A DNA stretch of 64,000 nucleotides from the human T2T-CHM13v2.0 reference genome, Homo sapiens. This document shows positions 23,408 through 35,598 of this stretch, in pieces; position 1 is the first letter of the stretch, and the number at the start of each line of letters is the position of its first letter. Position numbers and translations under genes: made by a program. Location: NCBI RefSeq assembly GCF_009914755.1, contig NC_060948.1; one strand, 5' to 3'. Below the pieces are notes generated by a model, which did no database searches, was not told the origin of the DNA, and saw nothing but the letters and a program-made list of their open reading frames with translations.

Positions 23408-23605
23408 GGGGTCAACCAGAGGGCCCTGGGTGTTCCGTGTCTGGCTGCCATGGTGGCCTTTTTTTGGGAAAGATGTCCAGGTCACGCGTTTCTGCTCAGG
23501 TGGTGTGGTCACTGACTCGACACCCCTCCACCAGGCAAGGTATATCTTTCACTCTGAGTCGACATTTTGGGCCACCAGGTTGTTGCTGACACGCTGCCTG
23601 GCAAT
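23408..23605 (+). promoter_or_regulatory. Fossil RNA polymerase I (45S/47S) promoter: T0 Sal box (23410-23419), UCE and core; homologous +1 at 23585
   Basis: aggtatatctttcactctgagtcgacattttgggccaccaggttgtt|GCTGACACGCTG closely matches the human core promoter aggtatatctttcgctccgagtcggcattttgggccgccgggttatt|GCTGACACGCTG. Confidence 0.93.
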
Positions 23606-24900
23606 TACATTGGGCCTCTAGATGCGTGTGAAGCTCTGGTATACTGGTAACCCAGCTAACCGGCCCTGTTCCAGTTTTAGCTGATTGCTGGGACCTGTGT
23701 GCCTGCTCTCACGCATCCTAGTGTCATAACTGTCCGTGGTGCCCCAGGTTTCTGGGCCTTTGACCCTGGCAGGGAAGGCAGCTCGGGCTCCCGTGACCAG
23801 TGTGCTCCCGGCTGCGGGCACAGGGTGGTCAGAACAACCCCACTCTGTTGGCTCTTCGCTGTGAATGTCAGGCATTCCACCTTAAATTGTCTGCTGTCCC
23901 TATCCCGGAGTGAGCCTGGCTGGGCTGTTATGCTCATCAGTTTCTTCAAGACTGACCCCAGCTCAACCACCGCCCATTATTGGGCTTTTCACGATGGATG
24001 TGGTGACTTTACGCTCTCCCAGGCTGGGAGTAAGCCACGAGAAGCAAAGGATGGAAATACACAGTTAATGGAAGAGTTCTTCTTCTTCTGCTTGTCGGGC
24101 CCCTTGTCTCTCTTCCCCACTCACGGGTAGTGTGTTGGGAGGCATGGGGCAGGGAATTTGCGGTGACCTCGCTGCCCTCACGCCTTGAGCCTCGTGACTT
24201 CAAGAAGATTGGTGGGGTCCTCTGACACAGCGGGCACCTTTGCTCTGGCTTCCTGTGGTTGTTGCCTTGCGGGTGGACACTGCACCTCTCCGGGGCCATG
24301 GGGCATGTCCCTACCAAACATCATGCTGCCCTTTCTGGGATGCGAGAGGGTTGACACGACCAGGGCCTTTGTGGTGATCCAGGAGTGCTCCAGACTGCCC
24401 GAGACAAAATGGTGGCGGGTTGTGCCAACCCCAAGTGGCCTCTCGTATAACCGCCACCACGGTGTTTGCAAGTGCATCCTGAAGAGGTCGTTGAGCGGGG
24501 CGAGGCGGATGAGTGAGGCAGGTCCCTCCCACTCGATAAGAGATGCTGCCTCCTCTGTTGAGCGCCAAGTTCCTTGTTTCACTCTGCCAAGTGCGCCCAC
24601 GACGCAGGAGCGAGTGCGGTAAGATTCTGTGTACTATCGTGTTGTGTCGGCCTCGGAGAGGCCTTTTGCCCCAGAGAGAAAGGTGGATAAACAGCGGGAC
24701 TTTGGGGGTGAGTGCATGCATGCCAGGCAACGGCCCTGATAGAAAGCACTCAAAATTTTCCAGTCTTTTGGTCATAAGGCAGACCACTATCTTCCCCAGG
24801 GGTCCATGAGCGAATCTTCAGGAAGGGGTAACTGGTGGGGAAAGAGTGTGACAAAAACTTGGTGAGAAAGCCTTCGCTGGTAATTCGAAAGGTGAGCCAA
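23585..24900 (+). pseudogene. Degenerate rDNA 5'ETS, truncated near the A0 processing region
   Basis: Motif gatggatgtggtgac at 23993 matches the conserved A'/01 motif GATCGATGTGG. ggggtcctctgac occurs at ~24213. gagtgtgac...ggtgagaaagccttc at ~24844-24875 matches the A0 region. No 18S sequence follows. Confidence 0.88.
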
Positions 24901-24978
24901 TGAGGTTCAAGCGATTCTTCTGCCTCCCCCGCCCACCTCCACCGGGTAGCTGGGACTGCAGACGCTCGCCATCATGCC

Positions 24979-25132
24979 CGGTGTCTTTTCTGGAATCAGC
25001 TTGTTTCCTGAGTTGCCCTCCGTGTCGCCCCACTCACCCCAGGCTAGAAAACACTCCAGAGTGAACTACTGTGCCTCCTTCCCTTCCCCCTCCTGTTTTA
25101 TCCCCTACCCCTCACCAAGGTTTCTCTCCTTC
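24979..25132 (+). repeat. ~155-bp direct repeat, copy 2, preceded by an Alu fragment (~24904-24980, -)
   Basis: Near-identical to 21493-21647. Confidence 0.95.
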
Positions 25133-25219
25133 GACGTCCAAATCGTCTGCGTATAATAATGATTCCGTTGATGTGCATAAGCAGAGTTCCCTACTTTTAC
25201 CATAAATAAGAACAGAAAC

Positions 25220-28200
25220 CGCGGGGGTCGTGCAGTCCCTGGCTTACACCCAGGGTGCGTGTCACCCCCACGAGGGGCACCAGAAAGCGTCAAGAAAACC
25301 CCCGAGGGAAAGGAACAGGAGGGACAGCCTTTAAAGGGGAAGATGAGGCAGTCCGGGAAAAAACTTCCCACGGAAAACAGTGCCTGTCCAGCCGACCCTG
25401 GGCCGGGATTTGGGAAGTCGTGGAGTCCTTGACTTGCACCCAGGGGGCATGCCGTGCTCATGGGGACACCCCAAAGTGGCAAGAAGGCCTCTGGGGGAAG
25501 GGAACAGGACGCCAATCTTAATAGGGGACATTGAGGCAACACGGAAAAAAAAAAAAAAAGGCGGGCCGGGGTCGTTCAACAGATGGCAGTGCCTTCCTGG
25601 CAGCCCCTGTGTTGGGGCCGGGGTGGTCGTGGAGTCCCTGTCTTGCACCCAGGGTCCGTGTCAGGCCTATGGGGGGCACTTCAAAGCGGCAAGAAGACCC
25701 CCGGGGGACGGGAACAGAGCTCCAGGCTTGAAAGGGGACGTTGAGACAGTACAAGGAAAAACTTCCCATGGCAACAGTGCCTTCCTGGCAGACCCTGCTC
25801 CGGGCCAGGCGAGTGGTGGAGCTTCTGCCTTGCACCCAGCTGCGGGTCACGCCCAAGGGGGGCATCTCAAAGCAACACGAAAGCCCCTAAAGGAAGGGAA
25901 CAAGATGCCAGGCTTGAAAGAAGACTTCTGAGGCAGCACAGGGAAAAAGCGGTGGGCAGGGATCCTCCCACGGACGACAGTGTCTTCCCAGCAGCCTCTG
26001 CGCCGGAACCGAGGGACCGTGGATACCTGGTGTGCACTCAGGGTGCGTTTCTCGCCCACGGGGATAACCCAAAACGTCAAGAAAGCCCCGGAAGGAAGGG
26101 GAGAGCATGTCAGTCTTCGTGAAGGAGGACATTGAGGCAGCCCGAGGAAAAAAGTGGTAAGGCTGGAGTCCTCCCACGGACGATAGTGCCTTTCCTGCAG
26201 CCCCCGAGTCAAGTGCCCGGTGGTCGTGGAGTACCTTGCTGCCACCCAGCGGACGTGTCTTGCCCATGGGGGGCACCCCAAAGCGTCAAGAAGGTCCCCA
26301 GGGGAAGGGAACAGGACGCAAGGCTTGAAAGGGGACGTTGAGGCAGTCCAGGAAAAAACTTCCCACGGAGGACAGAGCCTTCCCAGCAGCCTCTGTGCCA
26401 GAACCAGGGAAGTCGTAGAGTCCCTGGCTTGCATCCAGGGTGCGTGACTCGTCCACAGTTGGGGGGGTGGGGGGGTGCCTCCAAGCGGCAAGTAGGCCAT
26501 AGGTGGAAAGAAACAGGATGCCAAGCTTGAAAGAGGAAGTTCAGACAGCATGAGGAAAAAAGCGGCGAGCCGTGGGCGTCCCATGGATGACAGTGCCTTT
26601 CTCGCAGCCCCTGCATCGGGACGGTGTATGTGTCGGGAGGAGGGTCGTGGAGTCCCTGGCTTGCACCCAGGGTGCGTGTCTCACCCATGGGTAGCACCAC
26701 AAAGCTGCAAGAAGGACCTCGGGGAAGGGGACAGCACATCAGGCCTGAACGGGAAAGTTGAGGCAGCCTGGGGATAAAAGCAGCGAGGCTGGGGTTGTCC
26801 CACAGACGGCAGGGCCTTCCCGGAAGCCCCTGTTCCAGGCCTGCTTGTGTCATTGAGTCCCTGGCTTCGCCGCTTTTTTCCCCGTTGATCTCTCCTTACA
26901 AGCCTGGCATCCAACTTCCTTCCCCCGGAGGCCTTCTTTGCCGCTTTGGGGTGCCCCCCGTGGGCGCGACACTCAGCCTGGATGCAAGCCAGGGACTCCA
27001 CGACTTCCCTGGGTGCAGCGTAGAGGCTGGGGTCTTCCCATGAACAACAGTGCCTTCCCGGCAGCGCGTGCACCTGGCCCGGGAAAATGGTGGAGTCCCT
27101 GGCTTGCACCCAGGGTGCGTGTCTCGCCCACTGGGGCTCCCCAAAGCGACAAGAAGGCCCCCGGGGCGGGGGGAAAGGGACAGCACATCAAGCTTGAAGG
27201 GGGACGTTGAGTTAGTCCGAGGAAAGAAGCGGCGAGGCTGGGGTCCTACCATGAACGACAGTGCCTTACTTAACATCAGCCCCTGCGCCGGGACCGGGTG
27301 GTCGCGGAGTCCCAGGCTTGCACCCAGGATGGGTGTCTGGCCGAAGAGGGACACCCCAAAGCGGCCAGAAGGCCCACGGGGAAGGAAACAGGATGCCAGG
27401 CCTGTAAGGCGACGTTGAGGCACGCTGGGGAAAAACTTCCCGCGCACTACAGTGCCTTTTCAGTAGCCCCCCCAACACCGCGCCAGGGGAAGTCGTGAAG
27501 TCCCTGGCTTGCACCCAGGGTGCGTGTCGCATCTAGTGGGGACACGCCAAAGCGGCAAGTAGGCCTGCGGGAAAACGAAACAGGACGCCAGGCTTGAAAG
27601 GGGACGTTGAGGAAGCACGAGGGAAAAAGCAGCAGGCCGGTTTACTCCCACAGACAACCGTGCGTTTCCCCAGCCCGTGTGCCTGGCCCGGGACGGTCAT
27701 GGAGTTCCTAGCTTGCACCCAGGGTGAGTGTCGCACCCACGGGGGAACCCCAAAGTGGCAAGAATGCTTGTGGGGGAAGGGAACATGATGCCAGGCTTGA
27801 AAGGGGACATTGAGGCAGCACGGGGAAAAAAGCGGTGGGCCGCAGTCCTCCCACCGATGACAGTCCCTTCCCGGCAGACCCTGCGCCGGGCTTGGGGTGG
27901 TCGTGGAGTCCCTGGCTTGCAGCTAATGTGCGTGTTGCGCCCACGCTGGGCGCCCCAAAGTGGCAAGAAGGCCTCCAGTGAAACGAAAGGGGACGTTGAG
28001 GCAGTACCGGGAAAAACTTTCCACGGAGGACTGTGCCTTCATGGCAGCCTCTGCATCACGCCCGGAGAAGTCGTGTAGTCCCTGGCTTGCACCCAGGGTA
28101 TGTGTCGTGCCCACGGGGGAGGCACCCCAAAGCGGCAAGAAAACCTCTGAAAGAATGGAACAGGACGCCAGGCTTGAAACCGGACGATGAGGCAGCACGG

Positions 28201-31200
28201 GGAAAAAAGCGGCGGGTCAGAGTCACCGCACGGTTGACAGTGCCTTCCCGGTCTCCGCTGCGCCGAAACATGGGGGTGGGGGACGTGGAGTCCCTAGCTC
28301 GCACCCAGGCTGCGTGTCGCGCCCACGCGGAGCACCCTAAAGCGGCAAAAAGGCCCGCGGGAGAAGGGGACAGCATGTCAGGCTTGAAGGATACGTTCAC
28401 GCAGCCTGGGGAAAACAGCGGCGAGGCTAGGGTAGTCCCACAGACGACAGTGTCTTCCCAGCAGCCCCTGCGCTGAACCCGTGTGTGTTGTTGAGTCCCT
28501 GGCTTGCACCTAGAGTGCGCTTCTCTTCCACGGGAGGCACCCCAGAGGCAAGAAGGACTTTAGGGGAAGGAAACATGACGCCAGGCTTGAAATGGAACGT
28601 TGAGGCGGCACGGAGAAAAACGCGGGTGGCCGGGGTCCTCCCACGGACGATAGTGCCTTCCCGGCAGTCGTGCCTTCCCGGCAGCCCCTACGCTGGGCCC
28701 GGGGGAGTCGTGGAGTCCTTGTCTTGCACACAGGATACGCTTCTTCCCCATGGGGGGCACCCCAAAGCGGAAAGAAGGCCCCCGGGGAAAGGGAACAGGC
28801 AGCTAGGCTTTAAATGAGACATTGAGGCTGCCCTGGAGGAAAAGCGGCTGGCCGGGGTCATCCCATGGATGACATTGCGTTCCTGGCAGCCCCTGCGCCT
28901 GGCCCCGGGGAATCGTGGAGTCCCTCACTTGCACCCAGCGTGCGTGTCGCGCTTAGACATGGGGTGCCCCCATGGGCGCGACCAGCACCCTCGGTACAAG
29001 CCAGGGACTCCAAGACCACCCCGGCCCAACATAGGGGCTGCCGGCAAGGCACTGTCTGCCCTCAGACGACCCTAGTCCGCGGCGTTTTTCCCCGGACTGA
29101 CTCGGCTATCCCTTTCAACCCTGGCGTCCCATATCCTTCCCACGGTGGCCTTCTTGCCGCTTTGTGGTGCCCCCTGTGGGCGAGACAGGCACCTTGCGTG
29201 CAAGCCAGGGACTCCACGATATTCCCAGACCCACCGCAGAGGCTGCCTGGAAGACCGTGTTATCCATGGCAGAACCCCAGCATCCCCTCTTTATTCCCCA
29301 GGCTGCCTCAACGTCCACCTTCGAACCTGACGTGCTGTCTCCTTCCCCTGAGAAGCTACTCGCTGCTTTGGGGTGCCCCCCATGGGCCCCTGGGTGTAAG
29401 ACTGGGACTCAACAACCCCTCCGTGTCCGGCAAAGGGGTTGCACCCCAAAGTCGCAAGTAGGCCTCCGGGGGAACGGAACAGGAAGACAGGCTTTAATGG
29501 GGACGCTGAGGCAGCACGGAGAGAAAAGAGGCTAGCCGGGTTCCTCCCATGGATGACAGTGCCTTCCTGGCAGCCCATGCGTAGGGCCCTGGGGGAGCGT
29601 GGAGTCCCTGTCTTGCACCCAGGATGCGTGTCTCGCCCACGGGAGGCACCCCAAAGCTTCAAACAGGCCCCCAGGGGAAGGGGACAGCACGTCAGACTTG
29701 AAGGGGGACGTTGAGGTAGCCTAGGGTAAAAAACCGTGACGCTGGTTCTCCCACGGACGACAGTGCCTTCCTGGCTGCCCATTCGCTGGGCCGGGGAGGT
29801 CTTGGCGTCCCTGGCTTGCATCCCGGGTGTGTGTCTCGCCCAGGGGTGGCACCACAAAGCATCAAGGAGGCCCCGGGGGAAGGGTACCAGACGCCAGGGT
29901 TGAAAAGTTTAGTTGAGGCAGTCCCGGAAAAAAGCGGCGGTCCAGTGTCCACCCAAGGACAACCGTGTCTGCCCAGCAGCCCCTGCACCGGGCCCGGGGT
30001 GGTCGTGGAGTCCCTGGCCTACACCTGGGGTGCGTGTCGCGCCCACAGTGAGCACCCCAAAGCAGTAAAAGTCCCCCAGTGGAAGGCAACAGGAAATCAG
30101 CCTTGAACGGGGACCTTTAGGTAGCCCAGAGAAAAAAGCGGCGAGGCTGAGGTGATCCCAGGGATAACAGTGCCTTCCCGACAGCCCTGCGCCGGTCCTG
30201 GCGGTGTCGTAGAGTCCCTGGCTTGTACTCAAGAGTGTGCATCTCGCCCTCAGGAGGCACCCCAAAGAGGCAAGAAGGTCCCCGGGGGAAGGGGACAGGA
30301 TGTTAGGCTTAAAAGGGGACTTTGAGGCAATCCAGGGAAATAAGCAGTAAGCCAGGGTCCTTCGAACGACAGTGCCTTCGCGGCAGCCTCTCGCCCTGCC
30401 CAGTGGGGTTCTGGAGTCGCTGGCTTGCACCCAGGTTGCGTGTCGCTTCCACGGGAAGCACCCCAAAGCACCAAGAAGGCCTCTGTTGGAAGGGAAGAGG
30501 GCGCCAGGCCTGAAACGGAACGTTGAGGTAGCACGGGGAAAAAAGCAGCGGGCCGCGGACGTCCCACAGACGACAGTGCCTTTCCGGCAGTCCCTGCACC
30601 AGGCCCGGGGTCGTCGTGGAGTCCCTGGCTGCACCCAGGGTGCATGTCGCACTCACGGGGGACACCTCAAAGCCTCAAGAAGGCCTCCGGGGGAAGGAAA
30701 CGGGACGCCGGGCTTGAAAGGGGACGTTGAGGCAGTCCGGGGTAAAAACTTCCCACGGATGACAGTGCCTTTCTGGCAGCCCCTTTGCCCTGCATGGGGA
30801 TGGTTGTTGATTCCCTGGTTTGCACCCAGGGTGAGTGTCTCCCCCATGGGGGGCACCCCAAAGCGAAAAGAATGTTCCCCGGGGAAGGGTACAGCACGTC
30901 AGGCTTGAAGGGGGACGTTCAGGCAGCCCCGGGGAAAAAAGCGGGGATACTGGGGTCCGCTCATGGACGACATTGCCTTCCCGGCAGCCTCTGCGGTGGG
31001 CCCAGGAGCTGCGTGGAGTCCCTGGCTTGCACCCAGCTTGCATGTCTCACCCACGGGGCGCACCACAAAGAGGCAAGAAGGCCACCGGGGGAAGGGCACA
31101 GGACATCAGGGTTGAAAGGCATAGTTGAAGCAGTACGGGAAAAAAAGAGGAGGGATGGTGTCTTCCCACGCACGACAGAGCCTTCCCGGCAACCCCTGCG

Positions 31201-32090
31201 CTGGGCCCGGAGGGATCGTGTAGTCCCTGGCTTGCACCCATGGTGCGTGTCGTTCCCACAGGGGCACCCCAAAGTGGTAAGAAGGCCTCCCAGGGAAGGG
31301 AACAAGACGCCAGGCTTTAAAGAGGACGCTGAGGCAGCACGGCGAAAAATGCGGCCAGCCGGTTTCCTCCCATGATGGCAATTCCTTCCCGGCAGTCCCT
31401 GGCTTCCTCCCAGGGTGCGTGTCTCTCCCACTAAGTGCACCCCAAAGCGGCAAGTAGTCCCCTGGGGGAAGGGGACAGCACTTCAGGCTTCAAGGGGGAC
31501 ATTGAGGCAGCCCGGGGAAAACAACCTCGAGGCTGGGATTCTCCCACGGACGACAGTGCCTTCCTGGCGGCCCCTGCGCCGGGCCGAGGGTTTCATGGAG
31601 TCCCTGGCTTGCACCCAGGGTAAGAGTCTCGCCCACGGGGGCCACCCCAAGGCAGCATGAATACCTGCGGGGGAAGGGAACAGGAGGCCAGGCTTGAAAG
31701 GAGACGTTGAGGCAGTCGGGAGGGAAAACAATCCCATGGAGAACAGTGCCTTCCCGGCAGTGTCTGTGCCGGACTCGGGGTGGTCGTGGAGTCCCTGGCT
31801 TGCACCCAGGGGGCGTGTCTTTCAAGCGGGGTACTTTTCCCCAGGGGAATTGTTGTTGCTATGGGGTGCCCCCTGAGGGCGAGACACACAACCTTTGTGC
31901 AAGACAGGGACTCCAGGGCCCCCCAGCCCGCCGCAGGGGCTGCCCGGAATGCACTGTCTTCCCTGAGAAGTTTTTCCACGGACTGCCTCAACGTCCCCTT
32001 TAAAGCCAGCTCCCATCCCCCGCTGCCTTCTTGACACTTTAGGGTGCCCCCGTGGGTGAGACAGGCACCCTGGGTGCAAGCCAGGGAATC
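25220..32090 (+). repeat. GC-rich tandem satellite with ~187-232-bp monomers (~34 copies); gamma-satellite (GSAT/GSATII)-like
   Basis: Recurrent motifs ggagtccctggcttgcacccagggtgcgtgtc, gcaccccaaagcggcaagaagg, ggcttgaaaggggacgttgaggcag and gacagtgccttccc at ~200-bp spacing. The family name rests on unit size, GC content and recalled consensus. Confidence 0.85.
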
Positions 32091-32608
32091 CTTGCCTGAG
32101 GCCTGGGTGTCTCTCGTGTCCTCACAACAGGAGTTTACACGAAGTTGGTGGCCATGGGAATCCGGGTTCACAAGGATGTTTCCCTGGTAGCTGGCAAAGG
32201 CAATGTTCTTCCCTGGAAAAAGCAGCCCGTGCGTTCTGGAGGAGGTCTTGGCTGGCGTCTGTGGGACCCTCTGCCCCTGCCCACCCCTTCCCCAGCCTCG
32301 GGCGTTTGCGGCGGCGCCAGATGAGTGAATTAAATTACCTAGGCCTTCCTGGAGCAGGAAGACAACCAGCATGGCAGGGAACCTGGGCCTGCGCCTTTGG
32401 GGTCTGGTGCTGGCCTGCCCCGCCCTGCCTAGAGCTGGGGACCTTGTGGAGCTGCAGCAAGGCAGAAGAGGTGGGATGCTGCTGCCCGGCGGTGTACGAG
32501 GAGGTCCTGGTGTGCGGTGGGGACGCAGGCAGGTGGAAAATGGGTAGCAGAGTCAGGGAGTGGTTGGGAAGTAGGGCACAAAAGGGAGAAAGAGGGAGCG
32601 GGAAGCCA

Positions 32609-32726
32609 AAAGCCTACAGCACCTTGTATTCCCAGGCGGTCTCTCTTCCAAGTACTGAACCAGGCCCCACCCTGCTTAGCGTCACAGGCCAGAGATCAGG
32701 TGTCTCAGGGCGGTAAGGCCTTAGAC
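32609..32726 (-). pseudogene. 5S rRNA pseudogene, copy 1
   Basis: Reverse complement gtctaaggccttaccgccctga...gctaagcagggtgggggcctggttcagtacttggaagagagaccgcctgggaatacaaggtgctgtaggctttt matches 5S end to end, with a T4 terminator. Confidence 0.96.
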
Positions 32727-32746
32727 ACCCGCAGTGATACCTGGCT

Positions 32747-32758
32747 GACACAAGAGCC
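32747..32758 (-). promoter_or_regulatory. 5S D-box relic (-32..-21)
   Basis: ggctcttgtgtc versus GGCTCTTGGGGC, at the canonical distance from +1. Confidence 0.8.
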
Positions 32759-34521
32759 TGGCCCACCATGCCCGCCAGACTCCAGGCATTACCGCCACTC
32801 CAAAGCCACGCGGCTTGGATCGGGACAACTCTAAGCCACTCCTCGCCTGCTGCTCGGCTGCTCTCCCCCTCCACGCCGGAGCACTGTGGGCCACCGCGCT
32901 GCACCTTCTGCCGGCTTCCAAGGGGCTCCAGCCATAGCAGACAAGGCCATGCACTGGACCATCTCGGCGCCGCCCTGCTGCTGAGTGAGGACGCCAGAGG
33001 TGTCCATCCGCTGCACAGACTTCGGGCTCTCTGGTTGGTCTCCATTCCTCCGACGCTTCAGGGCTTCCCCAGGCTCATGAACTCCCAAGCTTCCACCACA
33101 TCGGGCTTGCTGAGCTTGTGCTCCCAGGAGTCAGGGATACCCTTCTGTCCTCCTTGCCACGGAGGGATTGTTTTGGTTCCCTCGCCGCCCCTCCTGCAAG
33201 GCCCCCTCTCTCCTCACCCACCCAGTGCTGCCAGGGCTGCTCAAGGGTGAACAGGTGGCCTAGCCCCATGGGCCCTTTCTCTTACAACGTCCCTAACAGG
33301 GTCGCTTGTCCGGACAAGGACATGGCCCATGGCCAAGTGAGTGGGGGGAGCTGCTTTGCCCCGCGCTGCCACTGGAGCTAGCCGACTGATTGCGGGAGAG
33401 AGAGGCTGATGGACAGCCAGACACACCTCACCAGCACCAAGAAGAAACCCACCCCCACCCCCACAGACACACATGGATGCACGCTCGCGGGCACACAGAG
33501 ACACACACAGATACACAAAGATACAGATAGACAGCTTGAAGGAGATCAAGGGAAAGAGGGATGGAGAGATAGAAACTGAGGGAGAGAGAGCTAGAGAGAG
33601 AGAGAGAGACAGGAATGAGAGGGAGAAAGAAAGAGAGAGAAGGTGACAGAAAGAGCATGAGATGGAGGGAGCAGGAGAGAAATAGAGAGAGGGTGACAGA
33701 ACTAGAGAGCCAGAGCATTAAAGCCTGGGAGAGGGAGCTCTCTGCTCTCGTAGACAGGGCTCCTTCCAGCAGGGGTAGGGTGGAGGGTGCTTGAGCCTGG
33801 CGGGAACAGGTGGGCAGGCCGCCCATGCAAGAGGACCAACAGAACCCTGAGACGTATTTTTGCTTGGATTGGTTGCTTGCTTTTGGGGTGCGTTTCATAG
33901 GGTCCTTTTGTTGGCTACTCCCTATCTTCTTGGTGCAGTGGGCACCGAGATTTGGAGAGTGCGTCCTTCCCTCTGGTGGGAGCCCTGGCGCAGAGCGTGC
34001 CGACCGGGCCGAGGCCTGGGTCTCTCTCGTGTCCTCAGGACTGGAGTTGACACGAAGACGGTGCCAATGGGAATCCGGGTGCACAGAGACGGATTGCCTC
34101 GTGACTGGCGAAGGCAATGTCCTTCCCCTGGGGAAAGCAGCCCATAGGTCCAGGAGCAGAGGTTTTGGATGGTGTCTGTGGGACCTCTGTCCCTGGCCGC
34201 CACTTCCCCCACCGGCTTGAACTATTGCATGGTGCCAGATGAGTAAATTGAATTGCCTGGGCGTCCCGGGAGCGTGAAGACACGGGTCACCTCAGGGAAC
34301 ATATACCGTCCTGCCACGGCTGGAGCCGGGCACCTGGTGGGGCTGCAGCAAGAAGGAGGATGTGGGATGCTGTTGCCTGGCGGTGCTGCAGCGGTGGAAC
34401 CCCACGAGGAGGTCCCGGGTTGCTTTGGGGCCGCAGGTGAGAGGAAAAGTGGGAGCAGAGTTAGGGGAAGTTTGTGAAGCATGGCGACAAAAGGGGGAAA
34501 GAGGGAGGGAGGGGGAGGACA

Positions 34522-35430
<909 letters not shown>

Positions 35431-35440
35431 TGAAACGTTC

Positions 35441-35561
35441 TTGTAGTTATTACTTTTGTTTGGTTTATTATTCAGTCTTCCTACTTAGAATGAGTAGTTT
35501 ACACACCACAGCTATAGTGTTATAATATTGTTTTATTTTGTATAGTTACCATTATCAATGA

Positions 35562-35598
<37 letters not shown>

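Noticed and set aside
25220-32090. CRISPR-like repeat-spacer array or repeat-encoded protein family
   Set aside because: The sequence between conserved motifs is itself homologous across units, so it is a tandem satellite rather than unique spacers. The context is eukaryotic with no cas genes. The many overlapping 60-260-aa ORFs arise from stop-poor GC-rich repeats and shift frame between monomers.
32760-34500. DUX4/D4Z4-like homeobox between the 5S copies
   Set aside because: No WFQN or homeodomain motif appears in the ORF translations; the sequence is explained as 5S spacer with GT and CT tracts.
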